Part shown: piece by piece, positions 1 to 14,018 of the stretch | Position numbering within the stretch: the first letter of the stretch is position 1 | Layout of the letters: each line of letters starts with the position of its first letter | Assembly: GCF_006345805.1 (NCBI RefSeq) | Contig: NC_042997.1 | Location: forward strand, 67,146,001-67,210,000 | Origin: Octopus sinensis | Lineage: Eukaryota | Length of the DNA stretch: 64,000 bases | Direction: 5' to 3' | Translations under genes and position numbers: made by a program | The notes under the pieces: model-generated | What the model was told of the DNA's origin: nothing | What the model saw: only the letters and a program-made list of their open reading frames with translations | The model's database searches: none

Positions 1-149
1 TTTTGAATTTAAAAATGTTCAGATTGAACACGAGGTACCTCACTCTTATCAGTTTGGAAAATCCTGAAAACGACAAGAACATTGTCTCGTGAATAACGTA
101 TTGTAAAAAAAAGAAAAAAAGAAATATTTATATATGAGAAACTATTTTC

Positions 150-3100
150 ACTAGCCGTTCTTTAATTTGATTTCATTTGATAATATTCCACACGTCGTCA
201 TTCCATCCCATAATATATTCGTTGTTTTGAAATCCTGTTATCAGCCAAACATCATCTGTCAGCTCTTATCAAGTTATATAATTAGTATTATTGATTCCTT
301 TTGTTGGCAAAGTTATCGTGATTCCCCTCCCGCACTCCTTCTTTATTGCTTTTCTATTATTTCTTCGAGTCGATCTCAATGATACAGGTCACACTGAACT
401 TGAGTGGATCTTCTGCAAATATAATTACCTCCTTCTAAGCTCCAAACTATTTTGTCATGATGATATGACAATCACTCGCCTTCCTCTCCGATCAACGATG
501 AAAGACGACAATTTGTTTGAATCATTCAGCATTTCCTTAAGTTATTTTGGAAGATTGAAAAATGTATTGCCAGTGAGACGCTATTTATATTAAAACAGAA
601 CCTGCTGGCGAATTATCCACTATTCATAAGACAAGGCAACTGTTTTATCAACAGTTCTTTTCTTTATCATCAATGTCAAATTTAACTAATATCTTGAAGC
701 GGAGTATGCTTTTCTTACTTCTAGTTTTATTTATCTTGCTAACATCTACCAGGGCACAAGCTGAAATATTTCAGTGAGACGTGAAGTTACTGGAGATATG
801 TACCTATTGTAATATAGAGGAAATACTATAGATTCTCCCGTTCATATCATGGTTATGTTCCAAATTTGAAATTAAAAAGTGTTACAACACCCATTAGTGT
901 TGAACCAAAATTTGTTTCAATAATTTATAATTTCGTCTTTGAGAAGATAGCCTGAATGGTAAATATAATCAAATGCCTAAGAGAGTATAGCAGCAACATT
1001 TTAAGTTGAAAGTCTCTCTGATTCATTGTTACTTCGCTACAAGACACATCAGGAGCGAGCTTACAACATTGAAGCCCACACTTTTTTCTCACAGGGTTAA
1101 AGAGGGGAAAGCGAGATTTCGGTAATCAACTGTTTAGCTTTTTGTCTCTACCAATAAATTTGTTAATGTGACGACTGACATGAAGATAACCGGAGTATGT
1201 GATATCGTAATTTGATTGTTCCAACAACCCAAATTGAAGTCTGTTTTGGGGATTACTTTTTGTTACTGTGTTCTGTTAGTTTTATAGTAGTTGTACTTGC
1301 TGTTGTCACGAGGTTATGTTATTGTGGTTGAGGAGATAGATAGTTTGATATAGTCTGACTCAACAGAGAGCAAAGTAGTTAGATGAAGAATTTTAGAATT
1401 AACATTTGCTTATATTGTAGATGAATGTTAATTCTAAATGAGCACGTCTGAAAGTAGTGGATACTGAAGTCAGCTTAACCTTTGTAGGTCAACTAACTCC
1501 GGAGTTTCGTTCTTAATACTTGTTTGTACTTGCTTGTATGTTTTTAAATTCATGAGTACATCCATTATTTTTTTAAATATGCGTCTATGTTCTACAATCA
1601 AATTTAGGACATAAAATATGTCCTTGGCAACTTCCTTCTCAGAATATGTACAGTGTCTGTTGCTACAACATCCCGCTGTAAGTAGCACCAGCGAAGTATA
1701 AGCGCCAAGAGTTTCTCTAGACTGGTAAAGCCACTGATTATCTTCATGTTAAGGTGAAGATTTATCTCTCTTTCAATTAAATAGTATTGAAACTGAAGCT
1801 AATCACCAACTACGTAGATCACTGTCATGTTTTGCTCTGGTCTGATGAAGTTTAAACCTCAAATATGATCAAAATAATTTTATATGGCGAGTTTTGTTTT
1901 AAGCAGACATATTGAGTTTAGTTGGAAAGAAGTCATAATGAATTAAAATAGACACAGAATATTAATAGTTCATAATTTATATTATCTGCAATGGATATAA
2001 AGGCCAAAACTTATTCTATCGATACATTTCGTTGTAGTAAGTAGAGTTTCATCAGTGATTATGATGTAGTAAGGGATATGAGTTGGATGAAGTAGATTTA
2101 ATAATGTTGCACTTGAAAGAAACAAAATCTTTACACGTGTTCAGTCTAAAACTCAAATAAATGCTAAAAAATAGTTGATTGAATAACCTTTATTTTTACT
2201 TGGAATTCTGTGGTAATAATCGATGAAAATAAAATCAATAATTTAAAAGAAATCGTTGATCAATCACTCGGTCTGTATGTACACATAGTATCTATTTACA
2301 CCTATATGAATCGGTCACTTAGTAGTAAAGTGTACTTGTTAGCATTATGATAACGTTGGTAATAGCATATGCACTCTGTACTCTCTGGTGAAACGTTTCA
2401 CACTTTGATAGCCCTACTAAATCAACCAGGTGTATTTGTCAGTCTGCAACTATTAACAAACAGTATACTATTGTAAATACAGTAGTATACTGTTTGTTAA
2501 TAGTTGCACATATTCAATTCTTCTCTGATCATTTATTTCATTGTAGTTTGTTTGAAAACTATCATAGTAACTTTTAAAAGCTACTGATTACCTGATAAGA
2601 ATTCAGGAGAAATCATGAAATTCAAGTTATTGATTCCATGGCTATTTCACTATAGTAACAAACGATCATGACATTCCCTGCCGTATTCAGTTATGATACT
2701 GACTGTGCATACAACCTTTAGTATTATTTCAAGATCGGATTCTCCATCGAGTGTTTTCTTGAATGTTAAGAAAGTATTGATGTACAGGAATCAGATTTAA
2801 ATTGAAATTCAATAGATAGCTGATTGATATTAAAATTGAATAGCTTCTGTTTCGGTTTTCTATCAGCTGTCTTTACGAAATCCTGCACTCCGCAATACCA
2901 ACATACAAAAGGTTTTGGAGATGTGCGTTTCAGCGCATTGTTTAGGAGTTATTAAGGATATTAACACTGCTTCTATTTCAATGTGTGTTTTTATCCCTTG
3001 TTGAAGGGAATAGATGGAGATTTTAGGGCATTATTGAAGTAAGGTTCCTGGAGGTGGGATATATATGAGAATAGATGTTGAAGGTGATTATTTTAATCCT

Positions 3101-3170
3101 GCAACAGAACTGTGAGGGTCTAAGTTTACTGTGTTGGTAACTGTGCTTCTCGTCTATCCAGGTGGTCTTT
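150..3170 (-). mobile_element. Highly decayed APE-RT non-LTR retrotransposon (LINE) relic
   Basis: Manual minus-strand translation gives motif remnants in the expected order: KIITFNI and VGIAECRI (APE N-terminus, ~3080-2880), KYTW (~2430), LSD(R) (~2320), then CGLQ, AFD and a PLYYN-like RT remnant. Many stops and frameshifts. Confidence 0.4.
2445..2508. repeat. Perfect 26-bp inverted repeat (64-bp hairpin)
   Basis: tgcaactattaacaaacagtatacta / tagtatactgtttgttaatagttgca with a 12-nt spacer. Confidence 0.9.
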
Positions 3171-3210
3171 CATTTTCAGTATTTTTATCTCATTGTGTAG
3201 GTAATCTCAT

Positions 3211-3247
<37 letters not shown>

Positions 3248-3976
3248 CTTGAGTGAGTATATATACACACACACGCTTTTATTTTTTCCGAAAGTATGGT
3301 GAAGAAGAATTTCGACAGTTGGAGCGACTGAGCACCCCTTTCCAGGGATGGCATCTGTTAATCAGGAAGGACCTAAAAGATAATCTAAACAAAGATTGTC
3401 TATTTTCTGGAAGTGACTAGCAACTCTGAAGCTGGTGGTTTTCCTTTCATGCGAGATGCAAAGTAACACCCAAGAAATTTACAATTTTCTAATAAGTGGT
3501 TGTATTTCGGCATGAGTTGACTTCCAGCATGAAATTAATGAAAACATAAAGAGCAAAAATATTTTCCATACACAATAGGAAAATATTGTCTTTTCATACG
3601 TCAGTTTATATTTGCAGTCTTGTAGTTTTTTGCAAGATAGCTTTGTGTCAAGTCAATAAGTCATCTCTTCAGCTGCTAGGCCATTCTTTCAGTGGTCTCT
3701 GTGTGTGCTCTCGCAGCACTCTGTGTGGCAGCTTTTAGCGCTGTGTGTGCTCTTTCTTACAGTTCTGGCGGTCTGCCTTAGGTGCCTGAGATGTGGTGCT
3801 TTTATAGCAAAATATCGACTCAGAGAGACAGCTTCAACGGCTAGAATCTCTACAGGAGGTCAGCTCTAGACGGTGTTCCCAGTGGACAGAATTTCCTTGT
3901 TCTAACCAATCGTGACATTAGATATAGTGACTAAATATTCCTGCTACACTCACACATACACACACACACAGACGTA

Positions 3977-4013
<37 letters not shown>

Positions 4014-4737
4014 GCATATGCTTATGCGTATGACATGATGCTTATGTCTATGGTATGTATACGTTGCAGTAATAATTATTTTATACACTTGATAATCGTG
4101 TATGCGTGCGTATGTATGAGTGAAAGAGAGAGAGATAGACAGACAGAGACAGAGAGAGAACGAGAAAGAGAGTTTGCATTATATTTTGGCTGAAAGCAAA
4201 AGTAGGAAGAAATCCAGACAAGTGAATGCTTATCTCTGTAATTTTTAATATAATAGTGATAAAAGAGGTAACAGGTTATAGAAGAACCAAGCAAACATAC
4301 ATGATGGACCATAATTAAATTAGTGAATATTCTTTTCTGGGGAAAGCTATCTGACTTCGTGAGTCATGGAGAAACTTCCCGTCAACGAAACACAAGTTCG
4401 GATTTCGAAATTAGTAGACTGGGCTGTACAGGATGTCCATATGTTATTTTGATTGTCCCCCACCATGTCATACGATGTGGCGGCTGTGTGACTTTAGCTG
4501 GTGTCGCGATTAGCCAGTAAGCATTTTTTTAAATGTTCAAATTTGCAGGGTAGCTGACCTCTCTATATAACTGTACATAATACTCTTCTGTTCAAACAAT
4601 AGCAGGCCTGGCATTGTTTGTTTTGGCGGAAGTATTGATAGGAATGTTCCAATAATATCCCTTATACCAACATTTATATATACCTCTATGTATGCCTGAC
4701 TGGCTGACTGAATATCTGTGTATGTACATATGTATCT

Positions 4738-4776
<39 letters not shown>

Positions 4777-5314
4777 TGTGTGTGTGTGAACCCTTTGAAA
4801 GTGGGTTGGATGTTTACTCATTTATTCATTTATTACTATTTGTTATTATTTATTCTCAGTTCAACTCTTTCCAATAAAATCGAGATAAAATATTAAAAAA
4901 AAGTTATGCCAGTTCTGACCAAACCGCAATTTCTTTCAGATATATCATAAATGTGATGATATAGAACATTCCCTGTGAGGAAAATTGTCTTGATATTTGC
5001 GACAGGTTGAATGTCCACGTAATGGTTTCTCGTTTGGTACGAAAAGTCTCTGATTATGTAGAAAAGTTCATAAAATTTGGATGTGTTTATGCGATGGAAA
5101 GAACACCATGTTGACATTTCGAGTCTGGCTCTTTGTTTGAGGAGAGAGAAAGAGCGAGAAAGAGAGCTAAAGAGAGAAGGAGATGGTGAGATAGAGAGAT
5201 AAAGAGAGTAATACAAGAATATTGATGGTGATCTGATTTGGCAAAGTTTCCTGAGATTTTATTCATAAATTTCGAACTTCACTTTACATTTTGCGTTTGT
5301 ATGCATATATATGT

Positions 5315-5543
5315 TATTTCTTTACTGCCCACTAGGGGCTATACACAGAGGGGACAAACAAGGACAGACAAACGGATTAAGTTGATTACATCGACCCCAG
5401 TGCGTAACTGGTACTTATTTAATCGACCCCGAAAGGATGAAAGGCAAAGTCGACCTGGGCGGAATTTGAACTCAGAACGTAACGGCAGACGAAATACGAC
5501 TACGCATTTCGCCCGGCGTGCTAACGTTTCTGCCATCTCGCCT
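5315..5543 (-). mobile_element. tRNA-derived SINE, family A (octopus OK-like), full length
   Basis: Reverse complement carries the head ggcgagatggcagaaacgttagc, the B-box-like gttctgagttcaaattcc and the body gtcgactttgcctttcatcctttcggggtcg shared by about 12 copies in the window. Confidence 0.85.
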
Positions 5544-6261
5544 ATGTATGTATATATATATATATATATAATATATATATATATATGTATGTATGCTTGT
5601 ACCTGCATGCATTTATGTGCACGCGCGTTTTATGTTTCTGTATGTGTGTTTTACGCGCGCGCGCGTTTGCTTCGTTACTTTGTCATAAGCAATTGTCAGC
5701 GTTTAATTATTTTTTCCCAATGGAATTACTGGTTCTGAAATCTGTTTCAAGTAAAGTAATTCAGTTCAAACAAGTCAATCACATCCTCGAAGTATAAACT
5801 TCAAACCATTTAAAATGTTATTTTCCAGTGATTATACAATAATATACAATTTCGCATTTAATAGTATCACTAATAGTTTTTTTGTCGATGAAATTATCCT
5901 TTTGCAGTTGTTTTTGTTATTTTGGTTTTGAAAGTGAGAGAGAGAAGGGAGGTGACGATATCGGTTAGCTTCGTTGTTAATAGTGCCATGACTACGTCCA
6001 GTCTTTGGCTAATTCATTAACTCAATCCAACTAAAGACTGATGATTACTTCGTTCATTTGCTTAATTAATTCTTTTCACACTGTAGCAGACTTTAACACG
6101 TTTTCATGAAATCCGATTTAGTTTATTCAATTTACGCCTTACTAAATTAATGTGAAGCTCTGCTCAAAGAGCTAGTGGTGCACTGTATGCAAATACAAGT
6201 ACGCGCACGTACACGAACACACACACACACACATGTACAACAGTCACTAACAATGTATTAA

Positions 6262-6317
<56 letters not shown>

Positions 6318-6781
6318 CATATATATGTATACTTATATACACATGTACACATGTACAAGTGGTAAAGCTTCAAGTACATTTATAGCACATTATATATATA
6401 TATAATATATACAAAGTATGGGGATTTAGTTCAGAGGTGATCTAAACGATTAGGTACGCTAGGTAAGTGCTGTAACGGTTTACTAGGGCTCCAAGGTTGT
6501 AGCCGAGACGGTAGTTATGGAGCTATTGCAAATTTCCGATATAGCGGATATATGATTGTTAAAGTGGACAATAAACATTAATATATATATATGTTTGTAT
6601 GTATGTATATGTATGTAGATACCTTCTTTTATTCTTTTATACGTTTCAGCCCAAAGGATGATGTAGCCACGCTGGAACACCGCCAGTGTGATCACCTTTT
6701 TAATGTTTCCCTCACCCTCACTCTCTCTCGTTCTCTCTCCCCCTCTTTCTCTGTCTCTGTCTCTGTCTCTCTCTGTCTGTC

Positions 6782-7390
<609 letters not shown>

Positions 7391-7506
7391 CCATTTATAT
7401 GTATATAAATACACACACACACATACACAAATATATAGAATATTTTCATAATTACATGCATACATTCACTCATACATGCATACAGACATAGCTTTGAGGA
7501 AGAGAG

Positions 7507-7677
7507 TAAGTCGGTTAGATCGACCCCTGTGTTCAACTGGTACTTATTTTATTGACTCGGAAGGGATGAAAGGCAAAGCCAATTTCGGCGGAATTTGAAC
7601 TCAGAACATAAAACCGGATTAAATGGCGCTAAACATTTTGCCCGGCGTGCTAACAATTCTGCCAACTCGACACCTTA
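7507..7677 (-). mobile_element. SINE family A copy
   Basis: gatgaaaggcaaagcc, ggaatttgaactcagaac, cccggcgtgctaac motifs. Confidence 0.8.
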
Positions 7678-8152
7678 ATGATACCGTAAGCGCAGTTACC
7701 TTCCCTGACAATAGCTGTCTAAAGAGCTCGCCACTTGATGGCACAGCATGTAACTCTGAGGTACCGGCACTTAGTCCTTCTTCTTTGTTATAGCGACAGC
7801 AGCGTGCGAGAATGTGACCTCCTTTAGCTCTTGCATAAGCACGCAACAGCTAATAGACATTGAGCAGCTATGACGTAGGGTACACAAAAGCTGAACATGA
7901 CCTTTTACTTGTAGATACCTTTCATGTTTTATTCAACTTGTATATATTTGTAACGGAGTCGTTATTAAATGGTTTCACCACGTGAGACCATGACTATCTA
8001 AAATCCTTTCTATTATAAACATAAGGCCTGGAATTTGAGGGGAGTGGTAAGTCGATCACATCGACCCTAGTACTTGACTGGTACTTTATTTTTCGACTAA
8101 ATGCCGCCAAGAATTTTGTCCAACGTGCTAACAATTCTGCCAGCTCACCGAC

Positions 8153-8211
<59 letters not shown>

Positions 8212-8214
<3 letters not shown>

Positions 8215-8675
8215 GATGGGCTACAGCAAATATTCTGCTCAATACCACAGATTTGCTTGTCAGTTGTTTGACCTTAACCAGTTGAGCATGTCCCTTAGTG
8301 GCTGACGATATGTGCATCTCTGATCACGAGCAGAAGTAGTGGGGGAGCATCATAGCCATGTGTTGAGAGGAATTCTTTGGGGTTTGAATAATTCACCTCT
8401 GGAAACATGGGTGTTTCGTTCAACATCCTTAAGCAACTCTTATTCAGGGACCTTTTGAGCGGGATGGGCTACTCAACCCGAAGAAAATTCTAACTGGGCC
8501 CCACCTGCAAGGTCATGTGCTGTTTATCTTGATATGAGATCACCATGTCGCGCACATATGGTTGTGATGCATGTGTCTGGTGTACCCTTATCAGACGGGT
8601 AGTCATGATGGGTATATTGGGCTTCGTATATTTTACCCCAGTGTCACTTTGATGGCATGCACTGCTCTCTCACTC
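8212..8675 (+). mobile_element. (AAT)n-embedded ~556-bp non-coding element, 5'-truncated copy
   Basis: Near-identical to the reverse complement of 43290-43845; flanked on both sides by (AAT)n. Confidence 0.85.
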
Positions 8676-8710
<35 letters not shown>

Positions 8711-8712
<2 letters not shown>

Positions 8713-9003
8713 GCCCTGATGCAGAACCAGGCAGTGGCTCTCATGGCTTTTGATCTTAACTGATTGGAAGTGTCATCATATACATTGTTTTGTCTTGGTA
8801 TAAAAGGTGGGCTACAGCAAATATTCTGCTCAATACCACAGATTTGCTTGTCAATTGTTTGATCTTAACCAGTTGAGCATGTCCCTTAGTAGCTGACAAT
8901 ATGTGCATCTCTGATCACGAGCAGAAGTAGTGGGGGAGCATCATAGCCATGTGTTGAAAGGAATTCTTAGGTGTTTGGATAATTCACCCTTGAAAACATG
9001 GGT
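8711..9003 (+). mobile_element. Same ~556-bp element, 3'-truncated second copy in tandem
   Basis: Starts atgccctgatgcagaaccaggcagtggctctc directly after (AAT)n and matches the 43845 end of the full copy. Confidence 0.85.
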
Positions 9004-9225
9004 GTGTGTGTGTGTCGTTGTGTCTGTGTTTGGCTCCCATCACAGCTTGACAACTGGTGATGGTGTGTTTGCATCCCCGCAACTTGGCGGTTCGGCAAAA
9101 GTGACCGATAGAATAATTATTAGGATTAAAAAACAAGTACTGGAGTCGATTCATTTGGCTAAAAATTCAAGGCGGTGCCTCAGCATGGCCGCAGTCTAAT
9201 GACTTAAATTCAAAATAGAAGATAA
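9003..9225 (+). mobile_element. SINE family B (octopus OR-like), 3' half
   Basis: cttgacaac, cggttcggcaaaag, accgatagaata, ggcggtgcctcagcatggccgcagtc match the tail of 53223-53656. Confidence 0.7.
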
Positions 9226-9536
9226 AAAGTGACATACAAGTCTCCGAAAATTAGTATAAATGATACAAATTTATCAATACTGTGGATCATATATGCCCAC
9301 CACCAGTGAACAAGTTCGTGGAAATTTGAAGTCCATTTTCTAAATACATTTCTCAGCTATTAAATGTTTTTCTGTAAAAATCTTTTCTTACAAGTAAAAT
9401 TGATGTTCGCATTAATTACTCGAACACACATCTTTTATACTTGTGTGTGTGTGTGTATGCATATATGGGTATATATAAAAGTATATATATCTGTGTGTCT
9501 GTGTCTGTGTGAGTATTTGCATGAGTGTGTATATGT

Positions 9537-9583
<47 letters not shown>

Positions 9584-9789
9584 ATACGCTTATATATATA
9601 CATGCATGCATATATATGCATATAGATGTATGTATATATATATGTGTGTGTGTGTGTATGCATGTACAAATATATATTTGTATGTGTGCATATTCATACA
9701 CGCATATACATATACATATGTGCGCGTGCGCATCCACATATTGCTAATTTGGATATTATCTCTATTTGCATTGTGTACACACAAGTATT

Positions 9790-10070
9790 CAAAGCTTTTC
9801 TTGAAGCTAAATTAATATACTGAAGATGACAAAATTCAAACATACTTGTCCACTATTTGAATCCTTTTAAAAGAAATATACATCGTTTACTAATATCCGA
9901 AGTTGGAAGTGTTCCCATAGAAATACTAGATATGTTTTTGTTGTCATTATGGATGCTTTTTACTCAATCTTCCTTGCGGCGTTCCTTTATTTTTATGTTT
10001 CTCTCGCGATAATGCGATATCAACAATCTCTCCCTTCTACCGCTTCTATAAAAAGTTCTCTTGAAAAGAA
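9790..10070 (+). repeat. Dispersed repeat, diverged partner at ~12713-12990
   Basis: Shared gaagctaaattaa, gacaaaattcaaa.atacttgt, tttgaatc, ctatagaaata/ccatagaaata, ctttatttttatgttt, ttctaccg blocks. Confidence 0.7.
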
Positions 10071-10221
10071 AAGGAAATCGTTATATGCATTCTGTATAGT
10101 AGTTTTCCTAGTGAAACTTTCTACTACACTGTTATTACTCTAATGCATTACCACCAATTAATTGTACTAACACAGCTGTAATGTAATGCCAACGTTTTAA
10201 TGTATTATTACTGGTCAAAAT

Positions 10222-10790
10222 AAGGCGTGGAGCTGGGAGAAACGTTGGCTCGCCGGGCGAAATGCTTTGCGGTATTTCGTCTGCCGCTACGTTCTGAGTT
10301 CAAATTCCGCCGAGGTCGACTTTGCCTTTCATCCTTTCGGGGTCGATTAAATAAGTACCAGATACACACTGGGGTCAATATAATCGACTTTATCCGTTTG
10401 TCTGTCCTTTTTTTCCCTCTCTTTGTTTAGCCCCTTGTGGGTAGTAAAGAAATAGGTATTTCGTGCGTTTTTACGTTCTGAGTTCAAATTCCGTCGAGGT
10501 TGACTTTGCCTTTCATTCTATTGAGGTCGATGAAATGAGCACCAGTTGAGCACTGGGGTCGATGTAATCGACTTCATCAAAATAAGGTGATGAGCTGACA
10601 GAATCGTTCGCACGCCGGGTAAAATGTTTAGCGGCATTTCGTCTGTCTTGACGTTCTGAATTCAGATTCCGTCAAGATGACTTTTGCCTTTCATCCTTTC
10701 GGGGTTGACAAAATAAGTAGCAGGTGAACACTGGGGTTGATGTAATCGACTTACTCAGAAATTGCTGGCCTTGTGCCAAAACTTGAAATT
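10222..10790 (+). mobile_element. Three head-to-tail family A SINE copies (10222-10453, 10454-10575, 10583-10790)
   Basis: The gttctga.ttca.attccg...actttgcctttcat...actgggg motif occurs three times. Confidence 0.85.
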
Positions 10791-10825
10791 TTATTAATGT
10801 TCCGTTGTAATAATACAATAAAGCT

Positions 10826-11058
10826 CTAGTGGTTAGGGTGTTGCACGCAAAAATCATTATTTCTTTTCCTAGACTGAGCAATGTTGTAGATCTTGAGCAA
10901 AACACATCATTTCACGTTGGTCCAGTCCACTCAACTGTAAACGAGTAGCCGCGCGACGGACTCGCGTCCCGTTTAGGTGGGATGTTGTAGTCTCGATCAT
11001 TTAAACGCCATGGAAACGGGGTAACCGGCCTATGAATCTTAGGACTCAAGGGAACTTA
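10826..11058 (+). mobile_element. Degenerate tRNA-head SINE, family C
   Basis: Head agtggttagggtgttgcac followed by ttgagcaaaacac..catttcacgttg.tccagtccactca and cgacggactcgcgtcccgt, resembling conserved-core SINE bodies. Confidence 0.5.
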
Positions 11059-13827
11059 ATTACTACTCTATCACTGCACTACTGTATTACGCAGGGGAAC
11101 AATTTTCAACATAGTTTCTGTTGAGTTTACTTTTTCACTTGATTTAGACTAAAATTGGTATGCTGATTTCAAAACTTCAGTCAGGTTTCTTCTGTAACGG
11201 GAGATATTAATTAGTAAACAATATTATGAAATATCAGAGTCAGCAGTTGCAATGCTAAAAAATTATTGTTATAATTGCATACCCTAGGATGTGAAAGATG
11301 AACAATGCATGAAATTTTAAGGAAATATTTATTTACCGTTACGTTACAATACCTTGCCTCGACGGGCAGGTTATGATAAATCCAAAAGCATGCGAAGTAA
11401 AGTTTGTGTTTGTGTCCTCTTCAATGTTTAGTAGTAAATACGGAGAGAGATATGATGATGTTGTAAGAGAACAGAATTAGAGCTAGTGAGAGTTGTAGGG
11501 TGTGGGACTTTGTCTCACAGTTGCTGACAGTAAACTTCCTTTCTCCCTCTGGTCAGTCAGACTTCGTTGTCACCAAACTGACTAACTGGTTGAGTCGTCA
11601 CCATGTAACTGGACTCGTTGATTTGTCACCGACTGATTTTTATTTGGGGTGTTCTTGCTTTTATAACTATCCAGAAGGATAGATATATCATTGAGAACAA
11701 TAGATTTAGTTGGTGGTCTTATCTCTATTCTAGCTTTTGGTGTAGTAGAAGAGGTTAGAAAGGCTCAAGTGGTGAAGACATTATTTCGGCCTCGCTAAAA
11801 GCATCTGGAAAATGTAAAACTGCTGTCAGAGAAAAACCATTGTTCCACCGTGGGAAAAGTTCTGTTGCAGTGTTAATTTAAATTTGGCTATGCTGGATCG
11901 AATCCACTTCATGCATGCAAGATCCACTACACTTCTATCAGGTTTTTTTTACAGCTTACTTTTTGAATTACCGCAGTTGTATTGTTTTTCAATAAGTAAT
12001 ATAGCTGGTCAGATTTTTTTATTATTTCATTATATCATTGCTTTTCCTTACTACCATCACTGTGCTACCGTACTCTTCAACCACAACTATACTCAATTAC
12101 CATCACTTACTCCTACCACTATTTTCTGTTACTATTACTGTACTCTACTACTATCACATTTACTACTGCTGCCCCATACTTTAGTATTTTCGCTAGAGTT
12201 CCTTTCTGTAGGTGCAGCAACCTAATATTTTTGGTGGGCAGTAGGATGCGATATATTGTGACTTAACGTTTTTGCCCAAAAGTATTTTCAAGATTAAGTG
12301 AAGTAACGGTGTGTCGATCAAGAAAAATGTAATATTTCAACCGTTATACGTGTTTATGTAACCGTTATGTTTTATTAGGTTGTGCGTTTGATTCCTGGAC
12401 CTGTTTGAGTGAGATACATTATTTCACGTTACTCCTGTACCCTCACCAGTCTTACGTTCTCGATGTTCCACTGGGGCAAAGATAGGAGAATCGAGAGGGT
12501 GTATAATATCTACTCGTGACTACATAGACAACTAAAATAAATTAGTTTATGGTAGGTGCTTGCGACCATTCTTGCTACCAAATTATAGTTGTTTGCGAGT
12601 GATAGCTATGCTCCATGATTGTAAACATTTTTTCCTTTAAGAATGAAATTGACATTCAAATTAACTTTCAGAACACAGAAATTTATTTACATTGTTTCCA
12701 TTGCAGAATTCTAAGGCTTTTCTCGAAGCTAAATTAAGAATATATTGAAAACGACAAAATTCAAATATACTTGTTCGCTGTTTGAATCTTTTTACAGAAA
12801 CATCTTTTGGTAATATCTAAAGTTTGAATAGTAAGTGCTCCTATAGAAATATTTAGTGTGTTTCTATAGTTCGGTCGCCATTAAGGAAGTTTTTGAATAT
12901 TTTCTTTCCTTCGGACTTTCTTTATTTTTATGTTTTTGATTACCAAAATCTCACTTAACACGGCTTCTTGCCTCTCCATTTCTACCGTTGCTACAAGGTG
13001 TTCAACTGTTAAGAACTAATTCGCTACACACTGTCTCCGTCTCTACCAACCCGATATCCCAGTGTCTTCTTCCGTCGTCTATACTACGTCATACTATTCA
13101 TGCCTATCTCTAAAATACTTTGCTAAATTCTTTTTCCTTTGCCCGTTTGAACTCTTTCGAAACTCTTTGCAGCCCTTCTTGACAACGCTCTTTTCCAGCA
13201 CATAACGGCTGACAGGGGTCCAAATCTTTCCGGTCTTGGAAGACCTACAAATATCACAGGTATCAACCAGCTAATTGATTAAATTCTTTTCCTACATATA
13301 TTCTAGAAGAAACGGCTGGATAAATTGTTCCTGTTATGGTTTATTCTCAGATCAACTCTAATCTAGATGGATAAGGCTTAAAAGTATTCTTGCCATGACC
13401 AGCCTATCCCATTTGGTTGATTTTTCTCGCAGATTATGTTCTTAGCAGGATATATCAATACGTCTGGTATACTACCATAAAAAAAGCCGAGGTTTCATAT
13501 CTTGTTACCGGTGGTATTCTTTACGCTTCGTCAACACATTTAGATTTGAACGACTCAGTCTTCTTAGCTGTAAGTAGGTACCACAACATGGTACATTTCG
13601 CTGCTGTAGAACTAAATGAAATACAGTGCTTATACAGTGTTGTTTAGCCTGCAAAGCTAATTTTGCAAGCTGACTTACACCTCTGAATACTGTACATAGA
13701 GAGGAAGACATTCACACTAGCCTCACTCCTTACAATTCAGTTGACTTTGATAATAATCATAACACAGATATCACAATATATTGTGAATAGTATCACCGAC
13801 GTCGTCGTCATAGCCATCATCACCACC

Positions 13828-13861
<34 letters not shown>

Positions 13862-13864
13862 TCA

Positions 13865-13897
<33 letters not shown>

Positions 13898-13979
13898 ATA
13901 TCATCTGCTCTAAGCAAGTTAACACGGTTCGACATATTGGCCTTTTGTGAAGTACATTCATCATCATCATCAACATCAC

Positions 13980-14018
<39 letters not shown>

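Noticed and set aside
673-777. Signal-peptide-like MSNLTNILKRSMLFLLLVLFILLTSTRAQAEIFQ with a possible GTGAGA donor, as first GPCR exon
   Set aside because: It is antisense to an A-rich LINE relic, which readily gives Leu/Phe runs, and no compatible linking exon with the first ECD cysteine was found before 21544. It needs RNA evidence.
3290-3900. VNFLGVTL-like remnant suggesting a Penelope RT on the minus strand
   Set aside because: A single weak motif with no supporting neighbours.
5315-5543. SINE heads as tRNA genes, and regularly recurring SINE motifs as a CRISPR-like array
   Set aside because: No complete cloverleaf; the repeats are dispersed retroposon copies without unique regular spacers, in a eukaryotic context.
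8711-8850. CUGAUG and possible HDV-like fold at the 5' end of the 556-bp element
   Set aside because: The core reads CUGAUGC with no GAAA partner, and the HDV P3/L3 elements are not positioned before a P1 3' strand.
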